A DNA stretch of 64,000 nt, taken from positions 35,344-99,343 of the forward strand of contig JACPCP010000013.1 of assembly GCA_016179745.1 (NCBI GenBank). Direction: 5' to 3'. The position numbers and the translations under genes were made by a program. Positions 59,267-64,000 of the stretch are shown here, piece by piece. The stretch comes from Candidatus Omnitrophota bacterium. GTDB lineage: Bacteria; Omnitrophota; Omnitrophia; Omnitrophales; JACQLI01. The first letter of the stretch is position 1. The number at the start of each line of letters is the position of its first letter. The notes beneath the pieces were generated by a model. The model had not been told where the DNA came from. It saw only the letters and a list, made by a program, of their open reading frames with translations, and ran no database searches.

Positions 59267-60388
59267 TTATTCATCAATCAACCGATGACGCTTCAATTGT
59301 TCATAGGCTTTCGAGAAGTATTCTTTGACCTTCCCTTGGGATTTCATCCATTCGGCGAATTGCCTCAACCCCTCACTCAAATCGGTCTTCGCCTGAAATC
59401 CCAGGGCCTTTAATCTCCCGGGATCCAAAACGAGATGCCGGACATCTCCCCAACGAAATTTATGGACGACCGCAGGGGTCACGTGGCGCCCATAAATTCG
59501 GCTCAACTCCTGTGCCAGCTCCGAGACCCCGGTGGCCCTTCCCGTCCCGACATTGAAAACCTGAAAATCGGCCGCCGGATTCTCCATGACGAAAAGGTTG
59601 GCCCGGGCCACATCCCCCACAAAAATAAAATCCCGGGTCTGCCTTCCGTCCTCATAGACCCGGGGAGGAAGGTTATTGAGGATCAGGGTTGAAAAGATGG
59701 ACACCACGCCGGTATAAGGGTTAAAGATCGACTGCCGGGGCCCGTAGGTCACGGCATAACGGAGCGCCACGACCGGAATTTTAAGCTGTCTCCCCGCTCC
59801 CAGGCTCAGTCTTTCTTCGCATTCCTTGGACAGGGCGTAAGCAGTCTCTCCGTCCCTGGGTTTCGATTCTGAGGCGGGAATGGGTTTCGGGAGAACGCCG
59901 CAATGCGGGCAAGCAGGATCCCAGTGCTTTTTCTTAAGTTCGGCTTGAGAGCGAAGGGGCGGGAAAACGAATCCGTCTTTATCGCACTGATAGGCCCCCT
60001 CGCCATAAACCGCCTGGCTCGAGGCGACGACGACCTTCTCGACGGCGTATTTCCCGGTCGAAAGCAATTCAAAGATCTTTGCCGTGCCGCCGGCGTTGAC
60101 ATCGAGATACTTCGAAATTTCGGTGGTAAAGCCCCCAAAGGCGGCTTGGTGAAAGAGAAAGCGAACGTCCTGCAAGGCCTTGTGAAGAGCGGATTCGCTC
60201 CGAATGTCCCCTTCAATGAATTGAGCGTCGGGATTCAACCAGCCGGGCTTGCCCTGGGGGTGAGTTTGGGGCTCGAGATTATCGAGCACGGTCACTTCAT
60301 AGCCGGATTGAACCAAGAGGTCGACCAAGTGAGAGCCAATGAGTCCCGCCCCCCCGGTCACAAGCGCACGCCCCTTCCGGTTCGTCAT
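59267..60388 (-). CDS. NAD-dependent epimerase/dehydratase (extended SDR) with a Cys-containing insertion
   Basis: ALVTGGAGLIGSHL, VASSQAVYG, YALSK. The segment between these last two is about 60 aa and contains C..CPHC. Confidence 0.8.
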   Translation of the reverse strand: MTNRKGRALVTGGAGLIGSHLVDLLVQSGYEVTVLDNLEPQTHPQGKPGWLNPDAQFIEGDIRSESALHKALQDVRFLFHQAAFGGFTTEISKYLDVNAGGTAKIFELLSTGKYAVEKVVVASSQAVYGEGAYQCDKDGFVFPPLRSQAELKKKHWDPACPHCGVLPKPIPASESKPRDGETAYALSKECEERLSLGAGRQLKIPVVALRYAVTYGPRQSIFNPYTGVVSIFSTLILNNLPPRVYEDGRQTRDFIFVGDVARANLFVMENPAADFQVFNVGTGRATGVSELAQELSRIYGRHVTPAVVHKFRWGDVRHLVLDPGRLKALGFQAKTDLSEGLRQFAEWMKSQGKVKEYFSKAYEQLKRHRLIDE

Positions 60389-60406
60389 CGAAGGTGATTC
60401 TTCAGG

Positions 60407-61114
60407 TTACTTTCTGAGGCCCAGAGCCAGGAGGGGGACCGGTTTAAAATGGTTCCACCAGCCCGACCAGGGTTTCATTTTGGTGTAACCATTTTTCGAA
60501 GGCGGATAAATCTTTGTGACGGGGACTTCCGCCACCCGGTAACCGAACCGGATGGCCTGGGCAAAGAGGTAGGTCTCCACGGAATAACCATCCAGCCAGT
60601 CTTGATGGATATCCACTCTGGAATCTTCAAGCAGACGCCGGTGAAACGCCCGAAAGCCATTGGTGCCATCTGAGATGTTTTTCATCAGGAAAATGGAAAA
60701 AAGAAGACTGTAAGCCCGGGTGCCCCAAATACGATGGGCCGGCATATTCTGCCACCGGCCCCCGGGAAGATACCTGGACCCCTGGACAAAATCGGCGCCT
60801 CCTTCAAGGATGGGCCGAAGAAGCCTCGGGACTTCGCCTGGATTGTCCTTGCCGTTCACAGCAAATATTACGAAAACGTCGCAGCCTTTCTTGAAGCCGT
60901 AATCAATCCCGGCCCGAATGGCGCCTCCGCAGCCGGCCCTTTTGTCCAATCGAAGGACCGTGGCTCCGGCCCGGGCTGCTTTTTCTCCGGTTCCGTCCGT
61001 CGAGGCATCATCCACAATCAAAATTTCATCGACTGCCCCGGCTGGAAATTTCCCCACAACTTCCGCCGCCCGATGGCCCTCGTTATACATCGGACCGATC
61101 GCAATCGTTTTCAT
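60407..61114 (-). CDS. GT2 glycosyltransferase (DPM1-like, soluble)
   Basis: Start ATG 61114..61112 overlaps the upstream TGA 61113..61111. IAIGPMYNEGHRA, ILIVDDASTDGT. Confidence 0.8.
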   Translation of the reverse strand: MKTIAIGPMYNEGHRAAEVVGKFPAGAVDEILIVDDASTDGTGEKAARAGATVLRLDKRAGCGGAIRAGIDYGFKKGCDVFVIFAVNGKDNPGEVPRLLRPILEGGADFVQGSRYLPGGRWQNMPAHRIWGTRAYSLLFSIFLMKNISDGTNGFRAFHRRLLEDSRVDIHQDWLDGYSVETYLFAQAIRFGYRVAEVPVTKIYPPSKNGYTKMKPWSGWWNHFKPVPLLALGLRK

Positions 61115-62157
61115 TGCCGCCCCCTGGACGGCAAGGGCGTTTCTTCCTCTTCCACCAAAACCGGCTCCCCCTCGCTCTGGATGGATTTCTGCATGGCGCA
61201 AAGTGTCCGCACCACCCGATGCCCGTTTCTGGCGTCTGCCAGCGGCCTTTTCCCCGTCCGGATCGAATCGATAAACTCGTTGCAGACATTCCGCAAAGGT
61301 TCCTCGGCCGTGACCTTGGGGCTGATAATGTCCCCGTCCCGCAGCAGCAATTGAAACTCCCCAAAATTTTCGTAGGGCTTGTCGATACTGACACCCTTTT
61401 CAAAAATCCGGATACGTTCCAGGGTGTTCAGGTCATCGAAAAGCACCCGGGCCTTGCTGCCGACCACTGCCACCTGACGGAGCTTATTGGAATCGACCCA
61501 GCTCAAGTGGATATTTCCGATGATTCCATCCGCATAAAAGAGATTGATGAAGGCGACGTCGGGAATCCCTTCTTTTAAACACGCCGTCCCAATCGCCGAA
61601 ACCTTGCGGGGCTCCTGATCCAATAAATAGGAAAAAATGGAAACGTCATGGGGGGCCAGGTCCCAAAGGGCGCTCACATCGTCACGAATGAGCCCGAGAT
61701 GGGTCCGGGTCGCATGGAGGTAATAAATCTTTCCGAGAACCCCCTTTTCGATGATTTCCTTCATTTTCCGGACCGCCGGATTGTAAAGAAAGGTGTGGCC
61801 GACCATCAGGATGCGCCTGGAGGTATCCGCCAATTCGACCAGCGCACGAGACTGCGTCTCCTCCAAAGCCAGCGGTTTTTCCACGAGAACATGTTTGCGT
61901 GCCTGGAGGGAAGACCGGATAAAGGCATTGTGAGTCGATGCGGGGGTGGCAATCACAATTCCATCGATCTTTGGATCCTCAAGGACTTTTGAAAAATCAC
62001 CGGGGGTCTGAATGGAAGGATACTGCTTTCGAACCTTTGCCAACGGCTCCGGTTTCACATCCGAGACAGTGACAACCTCCACCCCCTCCATCAAACGGAA
62101 GATCCGGAGATAATTGGTCCCCCAATGACCGCAGCCCACCAAACCCAGGCGGATCAT
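61111..62157 (-). CDS. Gfo/Idh/MocA-family oxidoreductase (WbpB/WlbA-like), paralog 2
   Basis: MIRLGLVGCGHWGTNYL, VLVEKPLA, ILMVGHTFLYNPAV. ATG 62157 lies 1 nt after the upstream stop 62161..62159. Confidence 0.85.
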   Translation of the reverse strand: MIRLGLVGCGHWGTNYLRIFRLMEGVEVVTVSDVKPEPLAKVRKQYPSIQTPGDFSKVLEDPKIDGIVIATPASTHNAFIRSSLQARKHVLVEKPLALEETQSRALVELADTSRRILMVGHTFLYNPAVRKMKEIIEKGVLGKIYYLHATRTHLGLIRDDVSALWDLAPHDVSIFSYLLDQEPRKVSAIGTACLKEGIPDVAFINLFYADGIIGNIHLSWVDSNKLRQVAVVGSKARVLFDDLNTLERIRIFEKGVSIDKPYENFGEFQLLLRDGDIISPKVTAEEPLRNVCNEFIDSIRTGKRPLADARNGHRVVRTLCAMQKSIQSEGEPVLVEEEETPLPSRGRQ

Positions 62158-62158
62158 C

Positions 62159-62761
62159 TCAGAACCCTTTCTGCCTTTTGGCCGAGATCTCCTCAGCCGT
62201 TCCCGCCACCCGGGCGGGATTACCGAAAACCACGGCGCCCGCCGGCACATCTTTGGTCACCACGCTCCCCGCCCCCACCAGAGCATTTTCCCCAATCACG
62301 ACGCCCGGCAGGACCGTGACATTGACTCCGATCCGGACACCCCGTTTTAACCAGGGCCCCCGAAGGTCGTCGCTCACGGGATATTTATCATTGGCAAAGG
62401 TCGACCCCGGGGCAATAAAAACTTCGTCCTCAATCACCGTGCGCTGAGGGATATAAACGTTGGTGTGAATTTTTACCCCGTTTCCAATCCGGCAGCCGTA
62501 ATCAATCACCGTGTTGGACCAAATCCGAACGGAATCACCGACCTCATTCTCCTCCCGAATAATCACATGGTGCCCCGTCTCGAAATCGTCTCCGATCGTC
62601 ACCCCTTGATAAATAACGCTCCCGCTTCGAATCTTGGCGCCCAAACCGATCCTCACCCTCCGGGAGGTGAGGGTCCGTGCAGCGGGGTAGCCTAGGATCA
62701 CATCCTCATCAATCACTGCGCCCTTGGCTATCTCGATTTCAACGCCGGGATACTTTTTCAT
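62159..62761 (-). CDS. Left-handed beta-helix N-acetyltransferase (WbpD/WlbB-like)
   Basis: Hexapeptide repeats. FIAPGSTFANDKYPVS block resembles the WbpD/WlbB family NDxYP motif. GVNVTVLPGVVIGENALVGAGSVV. Confidence 0.8.
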   Translation of the reverse strand: MKKYPGVEIEIAKGAVIDEDVILGYPAARTLTSRRVRIGLGAKIRSGSVIYQGVTIGDDFETGHHVIIREENEVGDSVRIWSNTVIDYGCRIGNGVKIHTNVYIPQRTVIEDEVFIAPGSTFANDKYPVSDDLRGPWLKRGVRIGVNVTVLPGVVIGENALVGAGSVVTKDVPAGAVVFGNPARVAGTAEEISAKRQKGF

Positions 62762-62781
62762 GGGGTTCTTTCGTGAGTGCG

Positions 62782-63972
62782 TTATTTTACAACCAATCTC
62801 CCCGCTCGGCCTCTAAATTGATTCCAGGCCTCCAGCATGCCGTAAGCCGCAAAAATCATCAAAAAGGGCATCACGGGATAACGGTAACGAATGCCGGGAA
62901 TGGTCACCGAATGGATGAATGTCACGTAGGCCACGAGGAGATAAATAGGAAGAAATTCCCTCCAGCGGCCCCTCGTTAACAGCAGACCAATAATACTGCA
63001 AGGTATTACAATTAAATAGGATACGGTCATGATCCATTTGGGAAGAACCTGGGCCTTCGAATAGAAAGGAAACCAGAGCCTGAGCGCCTTGATCCCCATA
63101 TTTTTGAAAAAAACTACGGGATGCCTTCGAATGTAATCGATCGCCTTACCCATCAGATAACGGTCTGCTTCCAAACTGAGGAGAGGCGGCAGGGCCGGAT
63201 CATCCTTGGGATACTGGGTGTCGTCTTCATTGATCCAGTCTCCGCCGTGGATTCTCTGTGTCACCTGAGGGTTGTTGCCGAGATAAAGGACATGCCCGGC
63301 ATTGATCGTGAGGAAAATCCCGTCCCGATACACCTGTTTGTTCCGGACCAACCAGGGCGCAAGCGTTGATGTAAAAGCGGCCAAAAATATCAGACTTTTC
63401 AAAATAGCACGACGCCAACCTTTTTTTTCCATAAAAAAATAGATGACCATCAAAGGAAAATAGAGACTCAGGGTTTCCTTGGTTAACACCGCCAGGCCGG
63501 CAAACAAGCCGGCAGCAAGAGAACCCAGCAATCTTTTATCAGTTTGTGATTTGAACAAAAAATAAAAACTCGTCAGAATAAAAAAAATAAAAAGTGTCTC
63601 TGGCAAAATATAAACGGTCTGCTTGACCAAAAGGTAGTCAAAGCTAAAAAGAAAAGCGGCGAGCAGGCCGACAGACGTCCTAAACAGATGCTTCGCAATC
63701 AGAAACAAAAGGACACAACTGAAAGCTCCCAGAAGGGCCTGGGCGAGTTCAAGACCTGACGGATAAAACCCCGCCTTTAGCCATGCGGCGATCAAGAGCG
63801 GGTAGAGCGGCCCCCGCCGTGAAGTGGGAGCCCCATACAGCTCAAACCCCTTCCCCTCGACCAAACTCTCCGCAATCTGATAAAGTTGGTCAGAATCGCC
63901 GGACAGCCTTCCCTCTTGTCCCGCCCCCGCCCATACTGCAATCATCACGAGCCGGACCAAAAGGGCGAGCAT
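62782..63972 (-). CDS. GT-C-like (GT39/ArnT-type) polytopic membrane protein; may be 5'-incomplete
   Basis: First loop LSGDSDQLYQIAESLVEGKGFE. About 11 TM segments. The frame stays open upstream of ATG 63972 to the window end (..ASGAIGAIF-M), so the true start may lie outside the window. Confidence 0.6.
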   Translation of the reverse strand: MLALLVRLVMIAVWAGAGQEGRLSGDSDQLYQIAESLVEGKGFELYGAPTSRRGPLYPLLIAAWLKAGFYPSGLELAQALLGAFSCVLLFLIAKHLFRTSVGLLAAFLFSFDYLLVKQTVYILPETLFIFFILTSFYFLFKSQTDKRLLGSLAAGLFAGLAVLTKETLSLYFPLMVIYFFMEKKGWRRAILKSLIFLAAFTSTLAPWLVRNKQVYRDGIFLTINAGHVLYLGNNPQVTQRIHGGDWINEDDTQYPKDDPALPPLLSLEADRYLMGKAIDYIRRHPVVFFKNMGIKALRLWFPFYSKAQVLPKWIMTVSYLIVIPCSIIGLLLTRGRWREFLPIYLLVAYVTFIHSVTIPGIRYRYPVMPFLMIFAAYGMLEAWNQFRGRAGRLVVK

Positions 63973-64000
63973 GAAAATCGCTCCGATCGCCCCTGAAGCG

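Noticed and set aside
1-64000. Searched by eye for CRISPR arrays, rRNA/tRNA genes, IS elements, toxin-antitoxin or defence-system genes, and riboswitch-like leaders.
   Set aside because: I saw no regularly spaced repeats and no cloverleaf-capable intergenic segments; non-coding gaps are few, and all but four (29303..29620, 15817..15968, 56796..56953 and 46163..46238) are under 70 nt. No nuclease, ATPase or recombinase signatures appeared. Apart from the 142-bp duplication reported above, I detected no nucleotide-level repeats, but a manual scan can miss short or diverged ones.

Overview
The window is one continuous, tightly packed surface-glycan (LPS/O-antigen/EPS-type) biosynthesis super-locus from an unidentified, moderately GC-rich bacterium. 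I call about 57 CDS. All are on the minus strand except 29621..31240 and 32210..33856. I recognised no rRNA, tRNA, CRISPR, transposase or integrase. Core machinery: a WecA/MraY-type initiating transferase, two MOP flippases (MurJ-like, Wzx-like), a Wzy/O-antigen-ligase-like protein, at least 8 large polytopic GT-C-like membrane proteins, and 4-5 GT2 polyprenyl-P-sugar-synthase-like enzymes. Several GT4/GT2/GT9 transferases occur as unusual fusions: formyltransferase-GT4, methyltransferase-NodB deacetylase-GT4, GT2-GT9, and MTase-like-GT2. Nucleotide-sugar tailoring genes include two WbpB/WbpD/WbpE-like sets, three SDR epimerase/dehydratases, an Fcl-like GDP-fucose synthase, three WbpG/WbuX-type PP-loop amidotransferases (one fused to a class II glutaminase), an AsnB-type amidotransferase, PIG-L and NodB deacetylases, a WbqC-like protein, 8 intact SAM-methyltransferase domains, a CN-hydrolase, and an APH-like kinase next to a membrane alkaline-phosphatase-superfamily transferase. 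The most interesting signal is a SerRS-like class II aaRS paralog plus an adjacent acyl-carrier-type protein (40065..41502). This looks like an amino acid:[carrier protein] ligase system embedded in the glycan operon, and may be an undescribed carrier-protein-dependent aminoacylation of a surface glycan. Immediately upstream is a mosaic recombination scar. It consists of an amidotransferase paralog flanked by a 3' fragment of the CN-hydrolase gene and an internal fragment of a methyltransferase gene. The CN-hydrolase fragment differs from the intact gene at 7 sites, all of them third codon positions. Many gene junctions are 4-nt ATGA/GTGA overlaps, which let me correct several starts in the supplied ORF track. 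One edge-truncated GT2 gene (1..452) is absent from the track. All functional calls rest on motif reading by eye; no database search was possible.
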